From the NCBI GenBank assembly GCA_965248695.1, contig CBDFKD010000002.1:1280001-1344000 (forward strand): 64,000 nucleotides of DNA, written 5' to 3'. Below are positions 10,187 through 18,542 of the stretch, piece after piece. The DNA comes from Acidobacteriota bacterium (GTDB lineage: Bacteria; Acidobacteriota; UBA890; WLXD01). A program made the translations under genes and the position numbers. The number at the start of each line of letters is the position of its first letter. The first letter of the stretch is position 1. The notes under the pieces were generated by a model. The model made no database searches and was not told the DNA's origin. It worked only from the letters and a program-made list of their open reading frames with translations.

Positions 10187-11062
10187 CTAGTCTCCGACAG
10201 GACGCGCCCTCAGGCTCAGCAGCCACAGGTCCGCATCCCGCGGTTCGAGCGTCAGCGCGTCGACACGTTGGCGGATGCGGTCGGCCGCCACCGTCAGACG
10301 ACACCGATACGGTCCCGCCTCGTCAACGCCGGCGATCGCCTCCTGCGAGTCCGAATCGCACTCGAAGGCTCCCTCCGGCAGCGCGACGCGATTCCACTCC
10401 ACTCCCGTGTTGCCAGGATCGCCGGCGGCGACCAGGAAGACGAGCTCGACCTCGTACGCCGGGCCCGGGCGCAGCGACAGGAACACCCCCGTATGGATCC
10501 CCAGTTGCCTGCCTCTGCGGCGGTCGGGAGGCGACCAGCCGCGGCCAAGCGAACGGGCTGATGCTGCGCGGCTGAAATCGATGCTCACGTTGCGCCGGCT
10601 CTCCGTGGGTCGTTGGCCACGGTACAAATGCGTTGCAGACGCATCGTCCGCCTGGCCTCCGAGTTGCCGGATCCAGTCGAAGCGTTGCGGCGGCATACCT
10701 GCTGCGTCGGGCGCCGGCCCCAGGATCCAGTCGTAGAAGTCGAGCCGCAGCGTCGGATCCGACAGGGTGGCACCCAGGTCGCCGACTCGATCGACGCCGC
10801 CGAGCCAGGCGTTGTCGCCCAGCAGTGTCGCATCGGCGAGCGTCCAATCTTCAGCGCGCACGCTGCTCCGCAGCCAGGGGTCGTCACCAGTCTCGGTGGC
10901 GGGCGGTTCCTCAGGCGGTGTTTCGACCGTTGCAGGCGTACAACTCGGGCTCATCAGCATGAGCGAGACCGCGACCGGCACGGCAACGGATGCCGGCACC
11001 CGCCGTTGTCGCCATCTGCGCTGGATATCGAGCGTCGTCAACTTGCCTGCCCCGGAGGCCAC
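10187..11062 (-). CDS. Hypothetical exported or lipo-protein
   Basis: Fills the gap between ADOP and rpiB; hydrophobic stretch ending in SPSC. Start uncertain and no family recognised. Confidence 0.55.
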   Translation of the reverse strand: MASGAGKLTTLDIQRRWRQRRVPASVAVPVAVSLMLMSPSCTPATVETPPEEPPATETGDDPWLRSSVRAEDWTLADATLLGDNAWLGGVDRVGDLGATLSDPTLRLDFYDWILGPAPDAAGMPPQRFDWIRQLGGQADDASATHLYRGQRPTESRRNVSIDFSRAASARSLGRGWSPPDRRRGRQLGIHTGVFLSLRPGPAYEVELVFLVAAGDPGNTGVEWNRVALPEGAFECDSDSQEAIAGVDEAGPYRCRLTVAADRIRQRVDALTLEPRDADLWLLSLRARPVGD

Positions 11063-11187
11063 TCAGGCCACCGCTTCCGCCGAACGCGCCGCGCACCGGC
11101 GTCGACCGCCGATCGGCGCGGCGCTACTCTAGTCACCCGAGTCAGGACACTATCAGTCTCTCTTGAAGCGCGGACCCCGAGACGAGC

Positions 11188-11616
11188 ATGCGCATCGCCA
11201 TCGCCGCCGACCACGGCGGCTACGAGCTCAAGGAGCACGTCAAGCTCCGCCTGCAGGCGCAGGGCCACGTCGTCGAGGACTACGGCGTGCACGACACCAA
11301 CCCCGCCGACTACGCCGACGTCGGCCGCCCGGCGGCGCGCGCAGTGGCGCACGGCAAGGCCGATCGCGCCGTGCTCATCGACACCGTCGGCATCGCCATG
11401 TGCATGGTCGCCAACCGCATCGGCTTCGTGCGCGCGGCAATGTGCAACAACCCCCACACCGCGACGATGGCGCGCGAGCACAACGACGCCAACGTGCTGT
11501 GCCTGGGCGGCGGCATGATCGGCCGGACGATGGCCGACAGCGTGCTGAGGGCCTTCCTGGAGACCGAGTTCGGTGGAGGCCGCCATCAGCGACGGGTCGA
11601 CAAGATCGAGCCCTAG
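11188..11616 (+). CDS. rpiB: Ribose-5-phosphate isomerase B (RpiB/LacA/LacB family)
   Basis: MRIAIAADHGG, AREHNDANVLCLG and FGGGRHQRRVDKI. The usual CGTGIG catalytic motif reads DTVGIA here. Confidence 0.85.
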   Translation: MRIAIAADHGGYELKEHVKLRLQAQGHVVEDYGVHDTNPADYADVGRPAARAVAHGKADRAVLIDTVGIAMCMVANRIGFVRAAMCNNPHTATMAREHNDANVLCLGGGMIGRTMADSVLRAFLETEFGGGRHQRRVDKIEP

Positions 11617-11727
11617 CCCGCTCGCCTACTCCACGTCCTTGCTCAGCACAGCGATCTTCTTCAGAAGCGCAACCCCGTTGACGTTCCAGACGTGTACTGG
11701 ACGAAAAGCCCGTATGCCCGATCGGGC

Positions 11728-11757
11728 TTGACTCGATATGCCATATCAGGCATAGTC
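11728..11757 (+). promoter_or_regulatory. Promoter/operator of TA locus 1
   Basis: TTGACT followed by nested inverted repeats GATATGCCATATC and TATGCC..GGCATA. Confidence 0.45.
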
Positions 11758-11783
11758 ACTCTACGCTGCACGACGAGCGAGTA

Positions 11784-11868
11784 GACAAGCCTTTAGTCAT
11801 CCTGAGCGGTGAGATCAGTACAGCTCGACCAAGCCAAGAGACTGCTGCGGGAATACGACACGGACTGA
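11784..11868 (+). pseudogene. Internally deleted RelE/Gp49-like toxin remnant
   Basis: DKPLVILSGEIST (11784-11822) abuts, out of frame, QLDQAKRLLREYDTD* (11821-11868). These resemble the N- and C-termini of the toxins normally upstream of this HTH antitoxin type. Confidence 0.6.
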
Positions 11869-11883
11869 CAACGGAGGTTAACG

Positions 11884-12195
11884 ATGCCGCTTAGTGCCAA
11901 AAAGACGGCTCGAATCGATGCGATGGGTGGGCGAGTTGCCACCGTCGAGGAGTGGCTCGACCTCACGCCAGAGGAAGTCGCGGTGATCGACATGAAGATC
12001 CGCCTGGGAGAGGAGTTCAAAGCTCGACGCAGAAAGAGGAAGCTTTCTCAGGAGCGCGTCGCCAAGATCCTGAAGACCAGCCAGGGCAGAGTATCGAAGC
12101 TGGAGAAGGGCCGGGCTACGCTGGATCAGTTGGCGCGGTCGGTGCTCGCGTTGGGCGGCTCCACGAAAGAGGTGGGTCGGGCGATCTCAGGTTGA
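11884..12195 (+). CDS. XRE/HTH antitoxin-like protein
   Basis: RBS GGAGG; TVEEWLDLTPEE followed by HTH LSQERVAKILKTSQGRVSKLEKG. Confidence 0.85.
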   Translation: MPLSAKKTARIDAMGGRVATVEEWLDLTPEEVAVIDMKIRLGEEFKARRRKRKLSQERVAKILKTSQGRVSKLEKGRATLDQLARSVLALGGSTKEVGRAISG

Positions 12196-12245
12196 TGAAC
12201 GCGTGCCTTTGCTGTTCGCCGGCACGTGTACAGCGCGCTCGCCTT

Positions 12246-12304
12246 CAGGACGACCTTCATCTGATCCACTCCGCCAGGACGACACTCATCAGCGACTGCT
12301 ACGG
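12246..12304. repeat. Displaced copy of the brnA 3' region
   Basis: 12262-12304 matches 14778-14820 with 3 mismatches; 12246-12261 matches 14791-14806. Confidence 0.85.
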
Positions 12305-12622
12305 CTACGCCGCCCCCGATGGTCGCCGGTGACGTCGGATGCGACGTAGCTGACTCTTTTCGCTCTTCTGCGCCCAATACAGGTCCCAGCGCAGTTGCAG
12401 GTTCATCCAGAACCCGGCTGACATGTCGAAGAACCTGGCCAGTCGTAGCGCCGTGCTCGGGGTCACGCCGCGTCGTCCATTGACCAGCTCGTTGATCCGT
12501 TGGTACGGAACGTGGATCGCGTCGGCGAGTTGTCGCTGGGTGATCCCCATCGGAACCAAGAACTCTTCGAGCAGCATCTCTCCCGGGTGAGTGGGCGCGC
12601 GCTGTGTCGGGACTCTGACCAT
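12305..12622 (-). CDS. higA: HigA-family antitoxin
   Basis: PTHPGEMLLEEFL, RINELVNGRRGVTPSTALRLARFF and FWMNLQ..DL. Confidence 0.93.
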   Translation of the reverse strand: MVRVPTQRAPTHPGEMLLEEFLVPMGITQRQLADAIHVPYQRINELVNGRRGVTPSTALRLARFFDMSAGFWMNLQLRWDLYWAQKSEKSQLRRIRRHRRPSGAA

Positions 12623-12633
12623 TGCCTCAGTAC

Positions 12634-12927
12634 CTAGTGATAGTCAACGATCTCGACGTCCGAGGGACCGCCTTCGGTCCAGTTGAAGCAGATCCTGAAC
12701 TGCTGATTGACGCGTATGCTGTGCTGGCCCTTGCGGTTGGCCTTCAGAACCTCGAGCTTGTTCCCGGGCGGCACGGCCAGGTCGGAGATCGCGGACGCCG
12801 AATCGAGCTGGTCCAGTTTCCGTCGTGCCACGATCCAGAGTTGACTCGGGCAGCATTTCCGGGCCGCTTTCGTCGAGCGACCGTTGAAAACATCTTCGAC
12901 CCCCGAACTCTGGAACGACCGAATCAC
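12634..12927 (-). CDS. higB: HigB (RelE-fold) toxin
   Basis: ARRKLDQLD, PPGNKLEVLK.RKGQHSIRVNQQFRICF and VEIVDYH; toxin-first order upstream of higA. Confidence 0.93.
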   Translation of the reverse strand: MIRSFQSSGVEDVFNGRSTKAARKCCPSQLWIVARRKLDQLDSASAISDLAVPPGNKLEVLKANRKGQHSIRVNQQFRICFNWTEGGPSDVEIVDYH

Positions 12928-13002
12928 CGTAACATGATAGCACGGCTCCCACGCTATCGACGAGATGGGTTTGGCGCGCCCGCGCTCAACGCGGCGTTTC
13001 TC

Positions 13003-13722
13003 TCACTGTTCGGTGTCGATCATGAGTCGGAGGGTTGCTTGACCGTCTCCTGCTCTCTCAATCCGGCGCCATGCAGGATGGCTCAGATCCAGGAGCTCTT
13101 TCCGGCGGCGGAGCCAGGTTCGCTCGGTTGAGCGCAGATCTGCTCGGGCTCTGAAGGGGTCGCTCACGAGTGACAGGAGGAACGCGAGATCTCGGCGCTG
13201 TGCGTCAGGCAGATCGTCTACGGCCACCGCTCGCGCCTTGATCAGGATCGCTCCGAGCAGATTGGGCCTGGGAATCTGGCCGGCCACATCACCGCAGCGA
13301 ACATCGACTGTCTCGGAACGCCTGAGAGCCTGTGAGCCACCCGGCACCTCGACGGTTCGGGCGCCTCCGACGGTCCTGAGCGCCGCGAGACCCCGCAACC
13401 CATCAGGCGCTAGTACATCCACGGCAGTGTCGTTGCGCAGGAAGCGGTGCCCTATGTTATTCGCGCCAGCCCCTTCGAAGCGGTAGCCGGCGTCCAGCAG
13501 GGTCTGGGCGAGCGCCTTGGGAGCGCCGCGAAGGAGGCGTGCCCCGGCGAGAACGTCGATGTCGGTACTTGCCCGGAGTGGCTCGACCCCGTTCTCGAAC
13601 CCGTGCAGCTCAACCATCTGGGCGCCGATAAGAGTCCAGGGAGCGCGAAAGACGTCGCTCAGATGAATCGCCGCTTGCCACAGGCGGGCCCGGCGGTCGT
13701 CGTCAGTCGGCAGCTCGATCAT
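13003..13722 (-). CDS. Nucleotidyltransferase-fold (AbiEii/MenT-like) putative toxin
   Basis: WTLIGAQMVELH...STDIDVL (G-x..DxD NTase motif), VDVLAP and AILIKARA; overlaps the upstream HTH gene. Confidence 0.65.
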   Translation of the reverse strand: MIELPTDDDRRARLWQAAIHLSDVFRAPWTLIGAQMVELHGFENGVEPLRASTDIDVLAGARLLRGAPKALAQTLLDAGYRFEGAGANNIGHRFLRNDTAVDVLAPDGLRGLAALRTVGGARTVEVPGGSQALRRSETVDVRCGDVAGQIPRPNLLGAILIKARAVAVDDLPDAQRRDLAFLLSLVSDPFRARADLRSTERTWLRRRKELLDLSHPAWRRIERAGDGQATLRLMIDTEQ

Positions 13723-14401
13723 CGCGCAGCTGATGGATCAGGCTCTTGCCGGCGCGTCGGGCTCGACTGTCGACCGACTCCATGAGGTCGAGGGCAACGA
13801 CCACCGGGCTGAGAAAACCGTCTCTCAGCGGCAGTCGGCCCATGTCGTCGACGGCGTGCAGGACGACATTCCCATCGCCGTCGGGAGACAGGGCATAGCG
13901 CTGCTCGAGCGCGGGCAGCTCATCGCGGCCGACGTAGGCCTCCAACTCGTTTCGACCGAGGACATCGACGTTGTAGTTGTCGGCAGCGCTGATTCCGCTA
14001 CGAGCTAGTGATCGATCCGAAGCTAGGCGGCCCAGCAGCCCACGATGTACGTGGCAACGGTTCACCGATGCCCGGCGCCGCAGTCGAGGAGCCAGCTGCA
14101 CGAGTTGATCCTCTCGTAGCCGCTGACGGAACCGAGAGAGCTGCCACCTGCTCACCCAGTTCACAGCGTGCCCTTCCCAGAGGTTCAGCAACGCCCAAGC
14201 ACTGGTCTCGTCGTATGGCCGACCGGGGGACGGACGCAGGCTTTGCTGTCGCTCCAGACTCCAAGCGTCGATAAACCACCGGCCGGCGATCTTGCTACCT
14301 CGCAAATCACCTTGGCGAAGTAGTTGATGGATCTGCGAGTGATGAACGCGCAGCCGCTGCGCGGCATCCGAGACTGCGATTGGGACCGATAGTGGAGCCA
14401 T
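13703..14401 (-). CDS. Excisionase-like HTH + AbiEi-like putative antitoxin
   Basis: N-terminal VSDAAQRLRVHHSQIHQLLRQGDLRGSKIAGRWFID; C-terminal SGISAA..LEAYV..GNVVLH..VVALDL.ES.D.R. Confidence 0.65.
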   Translation of the reverse strand: MAPLSVPIAVSDAAQRLRVHHSQIHQLLRQGDLRGSKIAGRWFIDAWSLERQQSLRPSPGRPYDETSAWALLNLWEGHAVNWVSRWQLSRFRQRLREDQLVQLAPRLRRRASVNRCHVHRGLLGRLASDRSLARSGISAADNYNVDVLGRNELEAYVGRDELPALEQRYALSPDGDGNVVLHAVDDMGRLPLRDGFLSPVVVALDLMESVDSRARRAGKSLIHQLRDDRAAD

Positions 14402-14439
14402 AGGAAGAACCGTGAAGTTTCGCCTAGATTCAAAGAGAT

Positions 14440-14474
14440 TGCAGGAATTATATAGTTATCTATATATTTCTGCA
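14440..14474. promoter_or_regulatory. AT-rich imperfect palindrome, candidate operator of the AbiE-like pair
   Basis: TGCAGGAATTATATAG-TTAT-CTATATATTTCTGCA, about 40 bp upstream of the start at 14401. Confidence 0.55.
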
Positions 14475-14530
14475 CAACTCGCTCATAGAAATTGATCTAG
14501 TCACACCATGGTGCGGCGTCGGTCGATATC

Positions 14531-14752
14531 TTGTTCTTGACGATTATGTGCGTGCTGCGACTTGCCGAGCGAGAAGAGGTCGTGATCACACGTCACGGCC
14601 GTCCCGCCGGGGTATTGGTCGGGTTTGGAACCGAGGACGACTGGTTCGATTGTCAGCTGGAGAATGATCCGCGCTTCCTGGCGCGAATCGAGAAGGCTCG
14701 ACATAGCCTCGCCCAGGGCAAGAGCACGAAGCTCGAGGACCTGGACTTGTAA
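14531..14752 (+). pseudogene. Phd/YefM-family antitoxin, probably 5'-truncated and orphan
   Basis: AEREEVVITRHGRPAGVLVG...LENDPRFLARIEKAR. The N-terminal Phd strand/helix is not recognisable and there is no adjacent toxin. Confidence 0.65.
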
Positions 14753-14757
14753 CAGCG

Positions 14758-15015
14758 TCAGGCGGCGGACTGTCGTTTGATCCACTCCGCCAGGACGACC
14801 TTCATCAGCGACTGGTACGGAACATCGCGCCGATTGGCCTCCCGCTTGAGCTCGTCCAGCAGCCAACTCGGCATGCGCATCGTGACCCGCGACGTAGACG
14901 GTTTCAGAGCGGGGAACACCGCCGGGCGCGGCTTGCCGAAGTCCACGAACTGCTCGAGGCGATCCGCTTGGCTCTCGAGGTACGCCGCCTCGTCATGCTT
15001 TGTCATCGTACCCAT
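14758..15015 (-). CDS. brnA: BrnA/CopG-like RHH antitoxin
   Basis: FPALKPSTSRVTMRMPSWLLDELKREANRRDVPYQSLMKVVL. Confidence 0.85.
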   Translation of the reverse strand: MGTMTKHDEAAYLESQADRLEQFVDFGKPRPAVFPALKPSTSRVTMRMPSWLLDELKREANRRDVPYQSLMKVVLAEWIKRQSAA

Positions 15016-15287
15016 CTCCTGTACTTGCGCTTCGTCGTCCAGGCGGTAGTCGGTCGGATCCGATCCTCCCGAACCGTGAACGGCACGGTGATGTGTCGAC
15101 CATCGTCGGTAAGGCCAATCAGCCAGAAGCGCGGTTCGGCCTCCGAGTGTTGTCGGTCGGGAAAGTAGGTACCGCGACCGTTCAGGAACGCGCTTTCGAC
15201 ATCGGCAATGGTGAATCCCCGAGACTCGATCTCGCTGTGATTGGCCGTGTCCCAGTCGAAGCCGGACATCGAGTCCATGTTCAGCAT
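15003..15287 (-). CDS. brnT: BrnT-family toxin
   Basis: GFDWD, HSEAEPRFWLIGLT and VPFTVREDRIRP; overlaps brnA. Confidence 0.85.
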   Translation of the reverse strand: MLNMDSMSGFDWDTANHSEIESRGFTIADVESAFLNGRGTYFPDRQHSEAEPRFWLIGLTDDGRHITVPFTVREDRIRPTTAWTTKRKYRRWVR

Positions 15288-15369
15288 GTACTTAAGATAG
15301 CATGTTGGTCATGTACCGCCCAACGAGTTCGACAGCCATCAGGGGCGGTGCACGATCTTCTTCAGGACC

Positions 15370-15405
15370 GTTGACAACTCCCAACAAGTGTTGCAACTTG
15401 TCAAC
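15370..15405 (+). promoter_or_regulatory. Promoter/operator inverted repeat
   Basis: GTTGACAA...TTGTCAAC containing a perfect TTGACA and an inner ACAAGT..ACTTGT, immediately before ATG 15407. Confidence 0.65.
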
Positions 15406-15406
15406 A

Positions 15407-15649
15407 ATGCCGAGGAATCGTCATCCGAAGAAGGAGATCGAGGCTGCGCTATCTGATGCAGAGGCCGCAGGATGGCGCGTGGAAGCAACCGCGTCGGGCC
15501 ATCGGTGGCGCGTGATGCGATGCCCTGAGGGCACTCGCGCGGGTTGTCAGGTGTCGATCTGGTCGACGCCGCGGAATGCCGGCAATCATGCCGCGCAGCT
15601 TAGAAGAGCTATCGATCGTTGCAGTCACTTTCGACGGGAGAATCGATGA
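15407..15649 (+). CDS. Small HicA-like putative toxin
   Basis: HPKKEIEAALSDAEAAGWRV...SGHRW...C...CQVSIWSTPRN; ATGA-coupled to the next gene. Confidence 0.6.
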   Translation: MPRNRHPKKEIEAALSDAEAAGWRVEATASGHRWRVMRCPEGTRAGCQVSIWSTPRNAGNHAAQLRRAIDRCSHFRRENR

Positions 15650-16188
15650 CGGTTCATCGCTTCACGCTGATCGTCCAGGGGCCCGACCTGCAGGCGGAGA
15701 ACTGTGTCGACGCCCTGTTTGACGCAGGGTGCGACGATGCGGCCGTAGGGCGGGTCGCGGGCACCCAGTACCTGGACTTCGATCGGGAAGCGGAGTCGCT
15801 GGCGGACGCCGTCTTCGAAGCGACCCGCGCGATCGAGTCCGCTGTGCCAGGAGCCTGCGTCGTGCAGGTGGAGCCGGATGATCTAGTCACCATGGCCGAT
15901 ATCGCCAGGCGTACGGGCAGAACCCGCGAGAGCGTGAGACTGTTGGTGAGAGGACAGCGTGGCCCAGGGGGCTTCCCCTCGCCTGCAACGCATTTCAGGA
16001 CCCGTAACCGCATGTGGCATTGGCAGGACGCCGCCGCGTGGTTCGCCACAGTGTTCGGGGACTCCGACGAGACCGACTCGGCAGTGACGAGCTTCATCGC
16101 CGCTTTCAACGCAGGGTTACGGCTGCGTCGCGCCGAGAGCGCGCTCGAAGACAGCGAGCGCCAACGGATCCGCGAGTTGGTCGGGTGA
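15646..16188 (+). CDS. HicB-like domain + HTH DNA-binding protein (putative antitoxin)
   Basis: DALFDAGCDDA..LDFDREAESLADAV, then LVTMADIARRTGRTRESVRLL..G.RGPGGFPSP. Confidence 0.65.
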   Translation: MTVHRFTLIVQGPDLQAENCVDALFDAGCDDAAVGRVAGTQYLDFDREAESLADAVFEATRAIESAVPGACVVQVEPDDLVTMADIARRTGRTRESVRLLVRGQRGPGGFPSPATHFRTRNRMWHWQDAAAWFATVFGDSDETDSAVTSFIAAFNAGLRLRRAESALEDSERQRIRELVG

Positions 16189-16253
16189 CGAACGCAACAT
16201 TCGACTTGTGACACGGCTGCGATAGCCCCGCGGAGTACGGTGATGCGACCAGC

Positions 16254-16365
16254 TCAGGCGGCGGACTGTCGTTTGATCCACTCCGCCAGGAGGTTCATCC
16301 AGAACCCGGCTGACATGTCGAAGAACCTGGCCAGTCGCAGCGCCGTGCTCGGGGTCACGCCGCGT
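16254..16365 (-). repeat. Chimeric higA-brnA fragment
   Basis: 16254-16291 is identical to 14758-14795; 16291-16365 matches 12399-12473 with 1 mismatch. Confidence 0.9.
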
Positions 16366-16541
16366 GAAGCCGGCTACGCTACGCTTCGCCGGCTCCAACA
16401 ATCTCTTGCCAGCACCGATTCTATGAGTTACGAAGTGGCCTCAACACTTGGGGGCAGGTCAGTGGGAACACAGCGGGCGATGGGGCACTCGGACATCTTG
16501 GTATCGCCTTCCGAAAAACCCAAGCGTGGCGTGGGCGTTAC

Positions 16542-17678
16542 GTGAACGACCAGTACACTCGCCCGGAGTTCGAACACGGCGAAGTTGCCGCGGTCGGCGT
16601 CTTGATTGCCAACCTGGGTACGCCCGACGCTCCCACGGCCAAGGCGCTGAGGCCCTACCTGCACCAGTTTCTCCGCGACCGGAGGGTGATCGAGCTGCCT
16701 CGCTGGCGCTGGCTGCCAATCCTGTACATGTTCGTGCTGACCCTGCGGCCGCGACGCTCAGCGGCGCTCTACTCCAAGGTGTGGACCGACGAGGGCTCGC
16801 CGTTGCTGGTGATCGGGCGCCGTCAGGCGGCGGCGCTGCAGCAGACGCTCGCCGCCGAGCTCGGTGACGGCGTGCATGTCGCCCTGGGAATGGGCTATGG
16901 GACTCCCTCGGTCGGCGACGCACTCGCCGAGCTGCGTAGCAAGAGCTGCCGTCGCATTGTCGTGTTGCCGCTGTACCCGCAGTACTCCGGTACCACCACG
17001 GGGTCCACCTTCGATGCGCTCTTCGCCGAGCTGCGCAGCTGGCGCTGGGTTCCGGAGGTGCGAACGATCAACGCTTACCACGACGATCCCGGCTACGTCG
17101 CCGCGATCGCCAGCTCTATCCGCGAGCTGTGGGACCGTGACGGCGAGCCCGAGCGGCTGCTGTTCTCGTTCCATGGCATTCCGCTCCGCTACGTGACCAA
17201 TGGCGATCCCTACCACTGCCAGTGCCACAAGACCGGCCGGCTGGTGGCCGCGGCGCTCGGTATCAGCGAGGAGCGCTATGTGGTCGCCTACCAGTCTCGC
17301 TTCGGTCGTGAGGAGTGGATCAAGCCGACCACCGACGTAACCGTGCGAGCGATGGCCGCTTCCGGCGTCAAGAGCCTCGACGTCGTCTGTCCGGGCTTTT
17401 CGGCCGACTGCCTCGAGACGCTCGAGGAGATCGATGGTGAGAACCGCGAGGTGTTCGAGGACAACGGAGGCCAGACATTCCGTTTCATTCCCTGTCTCAA
17501 CGAGCGGCCCGACCACATCCGTGCGCTTGCTGATCTGGTGGCCCGCCAGCTGAGCGGTTGGGTTGCGCCCTTGGGAGCCGATCGAGAGCCCGAGGAAGCC
17601 GAGGCACGCGCCTCGAAGCAACGGGCCGATCGGCTAATCGCCAGCGATGTTCGCGCCGACGCCGGCTATGGCTCATGA
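16542..17678 (+). CDS. hemH: Ferrochelatase
   Basis: GVLIANLGTPD, PLYPQYSGTT, LLFSFHGIP, YQSRFGREEW and PGFSADCLETLEEI. Confidence 0.97.
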   Translation: MNDQYTRPEFEHGEVAAVGVLIANLGTPDAPTAKALRPYLHQFLRDRRVIELPRWRWLPILYMFVLTLRPRRSAALYSKVWTDEGSPLLVIGRRQAAALQQTLAAELGDGVHVALGMGYGTPSVGDALAELRSKSCRRIVVLPLYPQYSGTTTGSTFDALFAELRSWRWVPEVRTINAYHDDPGYVAAIASSIRELWDRDGEPERLLFSFHGIPLRYVTNGDPYHCQCHKTGRLVAAALGISEERYVVAYQSRFGREEWIKPTTDVTVRAMAASGVKSLDVVCPGFSADCLETLEEIDGENREVFEDNGGQTFRFIPCLNERPDHIRALADLVARQLSGWVAPLGADREPEEAEARASKQRADRLIASDVRADAGYGS

Positions 17679-17736
17679 CAGTCCCATGACGCAGTGGGCG
17701 ACTCTGCCTGTTAGAACATGCGGTCGTATATGAAAT

Positions 17737-17763
17737 CACCACACTTCCACCACGGCCTGCTAG
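17737..17763. mobile_element. Solo MITE end
   Basis: CACCACACTTCCACCACGGCCTGCTAG matches the right TIR of 53914-54192; its CTAG contains the stop codon of 17760..18542. Confidence 0.75.
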
Positions 17764-18542
17764 TCGGCTGGGCGAGGCAATATACCCCCGGGACGGCCGA
17801 AGTGTGGCACTGCGTCGGGTGCCTCTCGAGGGTCGACGAAGCCGCCGGCCGAGACGCTGTAGTAGAGGCAGCCGATCTGGTCGGCGGGCCGTGATGCCAC
17901 GAAGGGTTCGACCGTATCGAGCGCCCCCAGCCACTCATGCTTCAACGCCGGCAGATCGACAGGCTCGGCGAGATCGAGACGCGCCAGGTCTTCCTTCCGG
18001 ACGCGACCGCGTCTTCTGAGGAGCTCGAGCAGTGACAGCGGCGTGAACCCTGGGTCCTTGCCGCAAGCTGCCCAGCACAGAGCTCCGAGAAGGAGAACGC
18101 TGCGATGAAAATGCAGGATGTCCAAGACATCACGCGGCTCGTCGCGGCCCGCGAGCGCGAGCGTCTTGTTGACGGCGAGATCGATCGGATGAAGAACGAA
18201 CCCGACCCGCTCGTCGCGCACCGTGGGCATGAACCGCCAGGCGGAGTCGCGTGCCCATTCGACCTTGGTCGCCAGATCATCCCGGCGCACGATGGCGCGG
18301 ATGTAGCCCGGTTGGTTCACGTCGACATCGACTGAATACCCGGCTTCGGCCAGCGAATCGCTATCGGCAGCGAACGCGTCCGCGACACGCGATTCCGAAT
18401 CGTGGAAGTAGTCCAGATCGTTGCTGAATCGCGTCGTGTTCGGCTCGATCAGAATGGCGGCGCCGCCCGCAAGATAGGAGTCGAAGGTGCGATTACGGGA
18501 CAGCAGGCGAGCGAGCTCGGCCTGGTAGTCGGTTAGCGGCAC
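17760..18542 (-). CDS. AbiEii-like nucleotidyltransferase (putative type IV toxin)
   Basis: YLAGGAA...RFSNDLDYF, KVEW and DLAVNKTLALAGRDEPRDVLD. Confidence 0.75.
   Translation of the reverse strand: MPLTDYQAELARLLSRNRTFDSYLAGGAAILIEPNTTRFSNDLDYFHDSESRVADAFAADSDSLAEAGYSVDVDVNQPGYIRAIVRRDDLATKVEWARDSAWRFMPTVRDERVGFVLHPIDLAVNKTLALAGRDEPRDVLDILHFHRSVLLLGALCWAACGKDPGFTPLSLLELLRRRGRVRKEDLARLDLAEPVDLPALKHEWLGALDTVEPFVASRPADQIGCLYYSVSAGGFVDPREAPDAVPHFGRPGGILPRPAD

Noticed and set aside
14440-14474. dif/Xer recombination site
   Set aside because: No XerD arm (TTATGTTAAAT); better explained as an operator.
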